A stretch of DNA of 64,000 nucleotides from Diadema antillarum (lineage: Eukaryota): positions 372,001 through 436,000 of the forward strand of contig NW_027271136.1 in assembly GCF_040938485.1 (NCBI RefSeq), read 5' to 3'. Position numbers and translations under genes: made by a program. This document shows positions 38,790 to 51,400 of this stretch, in pieces; the first letter of the stretch is position 1, and each line of letters starts with the position of its first letter. The notes under the pieces were generated by a model. The model worked only from the letters and a program-made list of their open reading frames with translations. It had not been told where the DNA came from and searched no databases.

Positions 38790-40105
38790 AGCCCAATAAT
38801 CTGAAGACTTTGACCTGAACAACTGAGCCATGATTTCTGCACTAGAGTGCACAAGGACCAAGTTTGATTGAATACTGTAATTTTATTGAGCTTTTTTTTT
38901 ACATTTTTTGGAAAACAATAATTCTCGATGTCACCTTTTGTCTTTGCCCTCCACCAAAATCATCCAAAAACATTTGATAAGCTTTGGTCAAAAAACTGAG
39001 GAAGTAGTTAAATCCGCAAGATCTTTCCTTGATCTTCTGCCATTAATATGCCGTTACCATGGCAACGTACTTTCGGGTACTGTCGAAAAATGCGTCTTGC
39101 ACATCTACAACCAAAGGCACACGTCTGTACCAAGTTTCATGGAAATTGGGCAAAAACTGAGGAAGTAGTTTGCAACACAAAATTTTCCATCATTTTGGCT
39201 CATAATATGTGAGCTGTTACCATGGCAACATACTTTTTGTCACTGTCAAGAAATGTGTCATGCTGACCTATATCCTAAGACATACATTCAATATGAATTC
39301 CATGAGAATTGGAAGAACACTGATGAAGCAGTTTTGCCATGAAGCATTTTGCCCTATATTTTACCAATAACATGCCGTTACCATGGCAACGCACTTTTTC
39401 CCACTGCGGAAATATGTGTCTTGCACATTAACATATTCAGATGAACATCTGTACCTAATTTCATAAAAATTGATCAAAAACTGTGGGAGGAGTTCGCGAC
39501 GCAAGATTTGTACCCATTTTTGCCCATAATATGCCGTTACCATGGCAACGTACTTTTGGGTACTGTCAAAAAATACGTCTTGCACATCTACAACCCAAGG
39601 CACACATCTGTGCCAAGTTTTATGGGAATCGGTTGAAAACTGAGGAAGTAGTTCGCGACGCAAGATTTGTACCCATTTTTGCCCATAATATGCCGTTACC
39701 ATGGCAACGTACTTTTGGGTACTGTCAAAAAATACGTCTTGCACATCTACAACCCAAGGCACACATCTGTGCCAAGTTTTATGGGAATCGGTTGAAAACT
39801 GAGGAAGTAGTTCGCGACGCAAGATTTGTACCCATTTTTGCCCATAATATGCCGTTACCATGGCAACGTACTTTTGGGTACTGTCAAAAAATACGTCTTG
39901 CACATCTACAACCCAAGGCACACATCTGTGCCAAGTTTTATGGGAATCGGTTGAAAACTGAGGAAGTAGTTCGCGACGCAAGATTTGCAACGGACCGACC
40001 GCCCGACCGACCGCCCGACCGCCCGACCGCCCGACCGCCCGACCGCCCGACCGACCGTCCGCTGATTCCTATATACCCCCTTCAAACTTCGTTTGGCGGG
40101 GGTAT
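38790..40105 (+). mobile_element. Helentron-like (HINE/pearl-type) element with internal tandem array of about 159 bp
   Basis: Three identical 159-bp units (39492-39968) preceded by about four diverged units. These are followed by a (GACC/GCCC)n microsatellite near 39990-40060 and a 3' stem-loop TATACCCCC-TTCAAACTTCGTTTGGC-GGGGGTATA. The left boundary is approximate. Confidence 0.7.
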
Positions 40106-40989
40106 AAATATACAAAAGTGAATTTTATTATCAGACATTGCAAGAAGTGAAATCATTGTGGACTTGATTTGCCCATACTGTACAGTTTTTCAAAATCTGA
40201 CCTTCTAGATATTGACAAAGTGAGGTACCTTATTAAGACTTTTTGTGGTACACTTGATTTGATTTTTTAATCCATTTTTCTCAACACTATTGCTTGAAAT
40301 TGGAAAAATTGACCCTGTGATTGGAATGACCAAAATATCCAGTGAGCTCGTCTCTGCACGGTCACATACATATATCAACATACTCAACATTTCACGATAC
40401 TTTGGGTCCTTCTAAAGCTATGATGGTAGCAAGGTATGAGTGCACGGATGGACGGACAAACAACATGAAAATACTATGCCCCCAGCAACACTAAACGGCA
40501 AAGGCATCTTAATAGAAGGAGAACATTCCTTTTGAACCAGACACATGACACACTTTGTTAGCTTGTGCCACAATTTACTTCCATTGGCATTCAGATGAAT
40601 GGGATGCTAGATCACAGATTTTTAATCATTAGTTTTAAACTAAACAGAGATGAGACAAAATTCAAAGTACTCTCTATCCTACCACAGTACAGTGGAGTCT
40701 TGTTATCTAAAGTGGTCAAATATAATAAAACTTTGTAAGAAGGTGATGTTGCAGGTCTCAAGTCTTTGATTTTCCATATATTTGTACCCTGATGTAGCGA
40801 GTAACCTGATACAAGAAGATTATTGTCATGGGCTTTAGATCCCCACTATAACAAGGTTTTGATACAGTATATTCCTTTTGGCTTTAACAGGTATGTATTC
40901 AAAGAAAATGAAAAGATTTTATCAATCCATTAAAACTCATTTGCACATGGCTACTCGCTATGTTATGGAGCAATACTTGTCTGTATATC

Positions 40990-41180
40990 CAGGGCTGAAC
41001 ACTACCCAATTTTTTCTACTGGTCCGACATGTAGATGACCAGTTTTTCCAGTTTTACTGGTCCATTCCTGAAAAAGTTACTGGTCTGACAGTGATTTTTA
41101 CTGGTCCGATGGTCCCTGACCAGTAAAAATCACTGTCAGACCAGATCATCAGACCAGTACCAGTGTGCAGTGTTGGTATA
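40990..41180. repeat. ACTGGTC-rich repeat with an internal 27-bp perfect hairpin
   Basis: CAGGGCTG start, multiple ACTGGTC/GACCAG motifs, and a stem at 41080-41106 / 41118-41144. Confidence 0.65.
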
Positions 41181-42480
41181 TCTTTTCTGACAAGTTTTCA
41201 GTCTAGAAATGCTTTCTATGTGAAGGCATGGAGTATACATTACATGGATGTGAATCATCCACAGATACATAAATTGTAATCACAGACGAATTAAACTGAG
41301 CAATAAATGAAATAATGCTGTTTTGTTTTTTGAAAATGGGCACACAAACAGTTAACACAATTATCTTATTGAGAATGGAATTCATTGCTCAGTCATGCAT
41401 CACATTTAATCACTATATTGTACTGATATGCCACACAGAAAGAAATTAAAAAGAATTGGCCACTAAGTGGGCTTGTTGCAGTTTTCTTATTTTTGTTTTT
41501 CTTAAAAAAACAAAGTGACAAGTGTGTAAACTTTTCCATAATCTACAGCCTTATATCAGCATTTCATTTCTTCATAATTCCTATGCTCTCTATCTCGCAT
41601 ATGTTTTTGAAACACAGACATACAAACACACAGACAGACACAGACATGCACACACAAATATAAAAATAGCACAATTATACATAAATAAACAATCCTAACA
41701 ATTTCTGGATGCCTACAAGAAATATTTCTTACAATGGCCAAAAGGAGAGGAGCAAACACTTTAAGTGTCCAGCCAAATATTTTTGATATCTTGAAAAAAA
41801 AAAAAGAACTGCTGGATTACGATACAAATACACAAACATACGCACACGCATATACACACACACATACATACACACATACATACATACATACACGCAATTA
41901 AACCGCACTGATATTTGCAGAACATGAGCGGGATTGTGGCGCTGTCCCTACTAAATGCGATGAAAGGATCTTTTCAGCATGAGCTCAATTATCATTTCTT
42001 GAAATGACACAAGGTGATAGCATTAAAACGTGTTGGGATAGTACACCCCTACTCTCTCCATCATCTACTATGGACCATGTACATTCAGAAACGTAATCAA
42101 CATGCAACTGATGTTACCATGGCAACAAGCCCAAAGACTGTTTGGTGATAGATAGAAAATGCACAAATGGAGATGGCCTAAGGCCCTACAGCCTACATGA
42201 TGTGATTCCCCCCCAAGAGCATTCTTTATGGTCAAGTAATCATGAGGGTCTTACAAGTGGGCTTTTCAAACAAAAAAGCCTACCTCATTTCCCCTGCATC
42301 TCACTTGGAGTATCAAAATTACAGTCTTACACACAGAGAAAGAGACATGCTAATTTATACAGCATCATCTTCTCTTACAGTATGCACTCTGGCTGACAGA
42401 AGTAGGTGCTTCCACCATCTCTCCTGTTGTTGCTATCTGTGTTGCTGTGTGTATTGATCATTCCTCCCTTGACAAATAGC

Positions 42481-45400
42481 TCATTGGTTCTGTTCCTTTG
42501 TTTCTGCTAGTCTCCTCTCCAGGTGTTTGATGAGTGGCATGATGCAGAGTTCTAGCCACTCATTGATAGTGGGTGGGTGGTAGACCTCACTCAGGGCTTC
42601 CTGGGCTCTGGTCTTCAAGCGCGTTGCCCTGGACAAGAGACTATGGAAAATTAAAACCAAAATGCAATGAAATAAGCTTTATTGATTTTTTTTCCCAAAC
42701 CAATCAATTGCCACTTTCCTCAATATAAAAATNNNNNNNNNNNNNNNNNNNNNNNNNNNNNNNNNNNNNNNNNNNNNNNNNNNNNNNNNNNNNNNNNNNN
42801 NNNNNNNNNNNNNNNNNNNNNNNNNNNNNNNNNNNNNNNNNNNNNNNNNNNNNNNNNNNNNNNNNNNNNNNNNNNNNNNNNNNNNNNNNNNNNNNNNNNN
42901 NNNNNNNNNNNNNNNNNNNNNNNNNNNNNNNNNNNNNNNNNNNNNNNNNNNNNNNNNNNNNNNNNNNNNNNNNNNNNNNNNNNNNNNNNNNNNNNNNNNN
43001 CCAGAAGACAGCAGGTTCTGGGTTAGGATCAGGATTAGGATTATGGATCTGGGTGTGGGTTTACACGTATATGCTCAAGAGAGAATATACACATCAGGAA
43101 TGGAGACAAGGTATCAAATCACATGATTTACACCAATGGACAGTATACCCTACAAAACTACTTTTCTGAAAACATGTACACTAATTATATAATGAAAAGT
43201 ACTATATTTGCCCCCATCTCAACAAAAAGTCAGTATATTTAGTGGGTCAAACCTTTTGAGTGCAATATTTAAAGGGATCGTACAGTTTTGGTTGAGACCT
43301 AATTTCAGATTTCTAACATTTTTTGGGTGAGATAATGAGAAACGTCTTATGAAATATGAAAGAGCATGTAATTCTATGAGGAATTCAACGTTTATTTGAT
43401 GAAAATTGGTTTTGAAATGGCTGAGATATCCAAAACAGAGCGATTCTAATAAAGTGTGGGACTCACACTTTATCACGATCGCTTTGTTTTACTTTGTTTT
43501 TAGATGTTTCAGTCATTTCACACCCGATGTTCATCAAATAAACTTTGAATTCCTCTTAAAATGGTATGCTCTGTACTATATTCTAAGTGTTTTCTTGGTA
43601 TCTCGCAAAAAGCCCAATATTCATATCCACAAATACTGTACTATCCCTTTAATGGATGCTCAAAGCATGTCTATGCACTGTCAAAATGATTGATAACACA
43701 TAATAGTCATATCTTGAAGTCTTGAACATATGACAGTATATAATCGATGTGATAATAACAGCGAATAAAAATGATAAATTTGTGACTGCATTTAGACAAA
43801 TGATTGTCATTGTGATTTCTATTGATTAGAAATATGATTTCTATTATCATTAGCAGTAGTAACAAAGATCATAATTTGTAAAAGACATATTCAGTACTAC
43901 AAGATAAAGTTTACTAGATATGAACAGCATCATCAAATTAATGCCATAAATGCAAGCTTCTAAAATAGTCATATACTGTATTTCAGCAGCCCAGAAACAA
44001 TCTTTACCACAAGGGCCACGAGCCTTGTCAGACTAACTTCCCATACCTGAGCACTGGTCCCATCTCACTGTCCGTCAGAGCCGGTAACATCAGACAGGCT
44101 TTCTCAGCAGACACAGATGCCTCCTCTGCCTCCGTCAGAAAGGCACTGATGTGTTCAGACACAGGAAAGAGAAAAGACAGGTGTTTAGATACATAATCCA
44201 AGCGATAATGAAAACAGTAGTTTGGTTTCCATTGCCCACAGAACACCAGAATCAATTTTTCTTCTGCTTTGATTTGTTTTTATTAGAATTGATTTGTTTT
44301 ATGCGACTGCTTCTGAAGCAATGAATGTTCATAAGCAAGCAACCACGTGACTGATGGCCTTAAAGGGATGGTATAGTTTTGGATGAGATGAAGGTTTACG
44401 TTTCCAATCTTTTCTGGGAGATAATTTGAAACCACTTATGAAATATCAAAGAGCATACAATTCTGAGAGGAACTTGAAGATTATTTGAGGAAAATCGATT
44501 TTGAAATGGCTGAGATATCAAGAAACAAAGAGGTCCCAATACAAGGTGGGAATCACCTTTAATTAGGACCACTTTGTTTAATGTCTTACTTTGTGTCCAC
44601 TAATGCGACTACCCTGGTCACTGGCCAGCATCGTCTATTGTTCTAGATTGTGCACATACGAAAGGTGGTTACAATCACTGATTTCAACTACAAAGAGATC
44701 AGTAGTTACAATCCATGCATGTGATCGGTGCACGGCGTGTCAACCATTCTCTGTCTGCAATCTTGCACATGTGTGTTGAGTGTTTCAAAGGAATGTTACC
44801 ATGGGTGCGTTCTAATAGAAGGCTTGTTGGGATAATGTTAGGGTAATTACCCTAGCTGGCTAGGGTACCAGCTAGGGTAGACTTTGGCAAAGTTACCATG
44901 ACAATGTCTGAGCAATATTTTGTGGGGACTGCCTTAACTGGCAGGGTAAATAAAGATTACCCAGACATTACCTGGACATTGTCACAGTATCTCTAGTTTG
45001 AAAGGCTGCGTTAAAACAGGGTTTTACTCTCTTATCCCTAACTAGCATGTTATATCTGCCATTTTTTAACATACATTTTTCAACATACACAAAATCTCTC
45101 TACAATCCTCTTTGTCTCCCATCCTGGGTGTAACCTCCACATCCCTTCCACCAGTGACACTTCTCACCTTTGGTTTGGCAACTTGAAGAATTGTTGGCCC
45201 TCCTTGGAGGACTGTAGCGTGGCCAGCTGGCGGGCACACATGTACATAGCACTGCCGGGGAAGGTTCCCATAGGAGCATCCACTGGCATTCTGGGAAGGG
45301 ACGTGAGCAAATGGTAGATGACAGATTGTGATGTGTGATGATGCCCTAGCTGGCGGGGGGGGATTGGAAGTTAATATTTGCTTGCAATAGAATTTCTTTC

Positions 45401-48400
45401 CATGTTAGGGTCGTCAGGATTTATTAGTATGTGTTTGTTCAACATCCACACCCTTTTTCACTTGGACTTCTAATTTCTACCCACATTAGACTTGAATTAC
45501 ATGGTTGGTGAATAATTTGATGAACATTCACTGATACATACATGAAATAACATCTGTCTCTATGCAGATATTCCAAAATCCCATGAAATTTCATCTACAG
45601 ATGGCAATTGCCACTATACTATCTGTTAGAAAAAATATTTGAGTTATTTTTCATTTTAAGGTTTCTGTTTCTAGAATGACCATGAATAAAACAATGGGAG
45701 AGGGGGATGGAGGATTAATGGAAGGAATGATGTTAGGAAGAGAAAGAAAGAGAAAAAGAAAGAAAAAATCCAACTGACTCTGAGATGGGCATGCTGGTCT
45801 GAATCTCCAAGTCAAGGAGCTCTGGAAAGCCAAGCTTCTGAGACACTGCCCGATGGATCTCCTCCTTGAAGTAACCTGGTAATGGAAGAAAAAACGAGTG
45901 AGTAAATATCTAGACATGGTATCCTCATCATCATCACTATCCTTATCAATGTCATCATCATCATCATCATTGCTACTATTAGCAACATTATCATTATCAT
46001 CACCATCACCTTCATTATCAACATCATCGATGTCATCATCAACATTATCACCCTCATCGTCATCATTGTCTTCAGTGTCGTTATCATCTACCCCAGCATC
46101 ATTACCATCAATGTCATCATCTTCATCAGTATCACTGACATTGCCATCATTATCCTCATCACCATCTCTCTTGCACATCCATCTTAAATTCTGATAAACT
46201 GCAAATAGCTTGACCAAAAACTGGATTTTCTTCATCTGCAATAAAGTGGAAAAACTACCACTGTCTTGCAAGACATCAGTATGACAGAAGGTATAGAGCG
46301 TCTCAGTGGTGAGGCACAGAACAGGTAACAGCAACAAGAGTTCTACCCTGTAGTACTGACCTTGAATAAATGTATCCAGACAGAAAGCCAGTGAGGGCAG
46401 TCCGACGGGTAAGAGCTCACAGAGCACAGTCTGGTGTGTGTACCTGTTGGATGTTCACATTCAAAATTAGTTTCTAGCTATTATGTTGAAAGCAAGTTGC
46501 TAAGCAATGCTATGACAATGCCTCTGTAACCCTTTGGGAAAGAAGGTACAGAATTATTTCTTTGAATGTTTTGCTGGAATGCAGATATAAGGCATTCTGA
46601 CTGTAAGTGTATTGATCACAGTCTACTTGTTACTTGTACCAAAGTCAAATATATTAACTCAAACGACCATTCCCTAATGTCCCTCCCCCATCCACTGCTT
46701 CTTAGTTTGTGCCAAAGTTTTTTTTTTTCACAAGCCTTCTTCGATAGTTCCATCTCGTCACCTCACACATTCTCACCCACATTTCTTCCAAGTACATAAT
46801 AGCATTACCCTTTGGTCTCTACTCGATCTTGTCCTTAATACTCCTTGATAAAGTCTTCTTGTCATCATCCAATTCTCTCTCAGTCATTTTCTTATAACTA
46901 GAGAAGAAGCAAGAGCAATTAACCTGATGCGCATCTGGCTGGGATGTATCCAATTCTTCAAGCATTTTTTTTTCTTGACTTTTGAGCTGTGGGATGGACG
47001 GATGGATGGATGAACAACCCGCCAAAAACATAATGGGTGATTTCAAGTCTGGCGCTGGTGCTGGTGTTAGTGCTATCTCAATATTTGCACCAGTGAATAA
47101 TCCTGCCACCCTTCAGGGCTCAGGCATAGAAAGATTCATGGAAAAAAGACAAGTGAGTCATCACTGGCATTCTTAAAGCTTAACGTAGCTGAATATGGGC
47201 TATCCAGCCATCTTCTCAGATGGAAATGAACAAACAAATTCTGCCCCCATATCTCCTCTCACTGCTCACCTCTGCCAACCGGTGAAAACGATGCCCTTGA
47301 AGTCGAGTTGCTTGGGGACTGCCCTCTGCAGTTCGTTGACCCACAGCTCCTGGTTGCGGATGTGCTCCAGCTCCGGTGTCAGGAAGAGGGTGGGGCCAAA
47401 GGCACCTGAATGGAGAGGTGCATGTGACATGATGTGCAGATGATGCAGACACCAGTTCACCATGAGGAGCACTCCATATGTTTCATCAAGACAGGATATC
47501 AGCGGAGTGATGGAGATTCATACATACATGAGTATAATTACAGATAAATCCTTCTCCTATTTTTCCACCACTCTTTCTTCTGATCCTTTACCTCCCCTTC
47601 TTCTTTTCTTATTCTTCTTCTCTCATCATTCCTTCTTTCCCTTACCTGGCTTCTCCTTTCCTTCTCTTTATCCTCTTTGCACACTTCTTTCTTTATCATC
47701 AGCAGTAAAGAGTAATCCTCTTCTTCTTGTTGCAGTACACAAATACACATAATTTTCAAACTTAAATTGGAAGCACATAAAAAGCAAGTATGATTACCCT
47801 AAAACATCACCATACATAATAGAAATTCCCTTGAAAACAAATAAAGGTCAAGTATTGTATTAATCAATCTTTCATGAAACAACAATGAACCATCACAATT
47901 TTGATGGTGGAAGTACAATTCCACCTGTCTGGAAAAAATTTAGAAATTAAGGAAGTTGTTCAGCTTTCCATGTTCTCCTTTTGTAAAATTCTACACACAT
48001 TTTCTTGTTTATGAAGGGGAAGGGGTTCACTCTTGTCCTACCTTTGAAAGCTGAAGCAATCCAGACATTCTTGAAGACACTACCATAGAGCTGCCATACT
48101 TTGTGGGGTGTGGTCATGTTGAAGCTGGCCATTGTATCAAGGTAATTCCATACCATCACATCCACCATGTCACCAAGATTTGAGTCTGCCGTAATGATCA
48201 TTAAAGGGATGGTATAGTTTTGGTCGAGATGGGGATTCAGGGTTTAACTTTTTGCGAGATAATCAGAAACCACTTATACAAAATATTAAAGAGCATACAA
48301 TTCTAAGAGGAAATCAAATTTTATTTGATAAAAATTGTTTTTGAAATGGCTGAGATATCCAAAAACAAAGCAAAACAAAGTGGTCTAATCAAAAGGTGGG

Positions 48401-51400
48401 ACCCACTTTTTATTAGGACCTCTTTGTTTTTGGATATCTTAGCCATTTCAAAACTGGTTTCCTCTTAGAATTGTTTGCTCTTTAATAATTCATAAAAGTG
48501 TTTTCTAATTATCTCGCATAAAGTTAAAACCTGAATTTCCATCTCAATTAAAACTATTCATCCCTTTAAAGCTTTCAGACAATAAGATTTGTATGAAACC
48601 GTGTTGCTTGTCTGCACCACTGACCACTTCATTCTAAAGCTATAAACACACCTGAAGCAAAAATTGCACAAAACTAAAACAGACAAAGGCAAATATGAAC
48701 ACCCCAAAGATTATGTGCGTATTCATATAACATATAAATACATACTTATGTATAGGTAGACAAAAATCAAGTAACAGACGAGGCATTGCAACAGAAGGTG
48801 CTTAAAAAAAATGAGTAGGGCTTGTTGTGACATGCAACTATTTGAATATCAAACAAAGAAAAAAGCCTCTAAAAACAGGGATGAGAATTTTGTGTTTCTG
48901 ACCTTTGACCACGCCACAGTCTGCCCCCCTCAGCATGTCATCCCACATAATGGGCCTGACGTTGGGGCGTCTCTCCTGGAGGTAGCCCAGGACTGCCTTC
49001 ACGTGGCTGAGGAACAGGCCAGAGGGCTTGCCATGGTACGTGTCCTGTATCCGCTCGATGCATTTCTGGCATCTCCGCTTCATCCACACCTGTTGAGATG
49101 TTCACAAAGTTGCCACAATACTTCTTTAAAATTTTTCCTGAGGAGTCACGCACAAAGATCATCTTGGAGGAGTCAGTCATTGATTGCTTAAAGACAAAAA
49201 GCTAGAAAACCAATGTACAACCAGGTATACATACCCATTTGCAGGTACATTCAAACTTCATCGTAACTTTGTTAAAGAAAGCAGGTTGTGTCCAACGACC
49301 AAAAAGCTTGCATTCATAGCAACTACTGGCATATTTCAATGCCATGGATTGAAATGCACTTGATAGGAACAGCTACATCATTTGATCAGCTCATGCGTAT
49401 GTCCTCAGGGGAGTGGGTGGGGAACGTCCCTGCTATGTGAATGCACTGTAAGCTGATCCATTTGCTACATTGTGATTTTCCTTGCTCATCAAATGCAGCT
49501 CAAAATTTCTCACCTCGTCTGCTCCGATGTGGAAGAATTTGACGTCTGGGTGGTACTCCAGGACCTGATCCAGCATGGACTGCACCAATTTGAGTGAGTC
49601 TGCAGAGTGAAAGAACATGAAAGAATTAGGAAGCTCAATTTTAGTGAGGGTTAGGGGACCCACAATCTGAATGGTACTTGTGGTTCTGTGGTTAGGGCCA
49701 CATACTCTCAAAATTGAGGTCCATGGTTCAAGTCCTCAATGCCCACTCCTTCACAGGGGACTTACAGCTGTCAGTCCTGCAGTAGTTAATAGTTCCACTG
49801 AAGACACACCTTTCAGGATGTTGCTGTATTTACACATTTTAAATGTGGAATATAATGCAGTGTGGAAAACATCTTGAATTTCAGGCTTTACTGAACTAGC
49901 CTGAAGACACCGATAGGGTGTGTGAATACAAGCAGATAAAATCCCCTGAATTGGCCGCAAGCGAAAATTTATTGACTAGTTTCTACTTCTTCAGTATGAT
50001 CAATGTTATTGTATGGGCATTGACATTACAATGCTATTTTACTCTTTTTCCTTGTTTGAATAGGTAAGTTGACCAAAATGTCATGCCAAATGGGCCCTGT
50101 ATTCAAATATATGACAAACACATTGCTGTTTGAATGATACTTCCCACAATTTCTAATCCCCAACTTTGCATTGTAAGTGATGGCTACTATCATTTCAAAG
50201 TCAGTTGATTGAGTGGGTGTCAATTGATTGACAGATACATCAGCATTCAGTCAGTCAGAACCGCTGTAAATGTGGACATTTTTGCAGGTTTTAAATTTTG
50301 TGCATTTTGTACAATGTGAAGCTTGCACTAATGTAAAAAGAGAGCATTTTTTTTTTTTTTTTAGCTTGATATACCGGTATGTAAGGTATGTATAATATCA
50401 TTTCAGATCTTGATTTCAAGGTAGGTATATTGTAGGAGTATAACCGCTATGTTATTTGTGGTTTTCATCACGTTCGCCAGTCCTGTAGTGTGAGTGTACT
50501 TGCAGTCATAATGCAGACCAATAACTTTTATTGTAGTATGTGCTAACAAAACTCTTAGCTGCTGTGGCGACATTGAGCTGCTTTCTCAATTGTTGTGACC
50601 ATCTACAACATTAAAAACACATGAAATCTATCTTAATTGGCCAAGTCTGAAAAATTACTCTTGCAAAAATGCGCACTCTTACAGTAATATGAAAAGCACA
50701 TTGGTCTTTGCTCGTCATTCTGTATTGCCTGATAGCATTACGTGCAAGTCATCTGTGTCTGGATTCCTACCTGGATTGGAAGGGCAGACACTTCTTGCAT
50801 CTTCTGGATCCTCCCGTAATGAATGGAACTGAGCATGCTTCAACACAAACTGGGGATTAGAAAGAAAGGAAATACTCATTTGTTTATAAAATGCAAATTC
50901 ATGGAAAACATTCAATCATCTAAAACTTTCCTACCACACTTTGACACCATTGCAGAGGATTTGGGATTCAAAGATGGCATTTATAAACATATTTTCAAAC
51001 ATATTTCAATTTCAGTTTATTTCAACTTTCAAGTTTCCACACATATGTGTAATGACTGGAAAGTATAACGCAAAAGATTGAAAGCAAAAGCAGTACTCAC
51101 CTCTAAGTGGCCAAAAGTCTGTATGAGAGGGATGTACTCGAGACCAAGCCCCTTGGCTGCTTGTTGGAGAGATGCAACATCTCCTAGACTGGAGAGGTCA
51201 GAGTCAGGATTGTGGCAAAGTTGAGAGTTATCTTATCATGAAGATAGTGCAGAAATGTCTGGATGTTTGTTTACTTTTCCATACAAGTGAGCTACAGTTT
51301 GTACACAGACACCTTCCATAATCTGATATCCTTAACTTTAGCACTTTATAATCTCCTCCACTTTCCCATTATAGCATAAAAATCACACACACAATGCGAA

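Noticed and set aside
39361-40121. 209-aa and 212-aa ORFs with 53-aa repeats on opposite strands
   Set aside because: They arise from a 159-bp (multiple of 3) tandem array inside a Helentron-like element. There is no synonymous variation between units and the frame breaks in the older units. The array is also not CRISPR, since there are no unique spacers.
44591-44779. Candidate extra HEXD exon
   Set aside because: All frames hit stops, and exons 12, 13 and 14 already join in phase at the expected length.
45812-46194. Poly-Met and poly-Ser ORFs
   Set aside because: Alternative frames of the GAT/CAT microsatellite.
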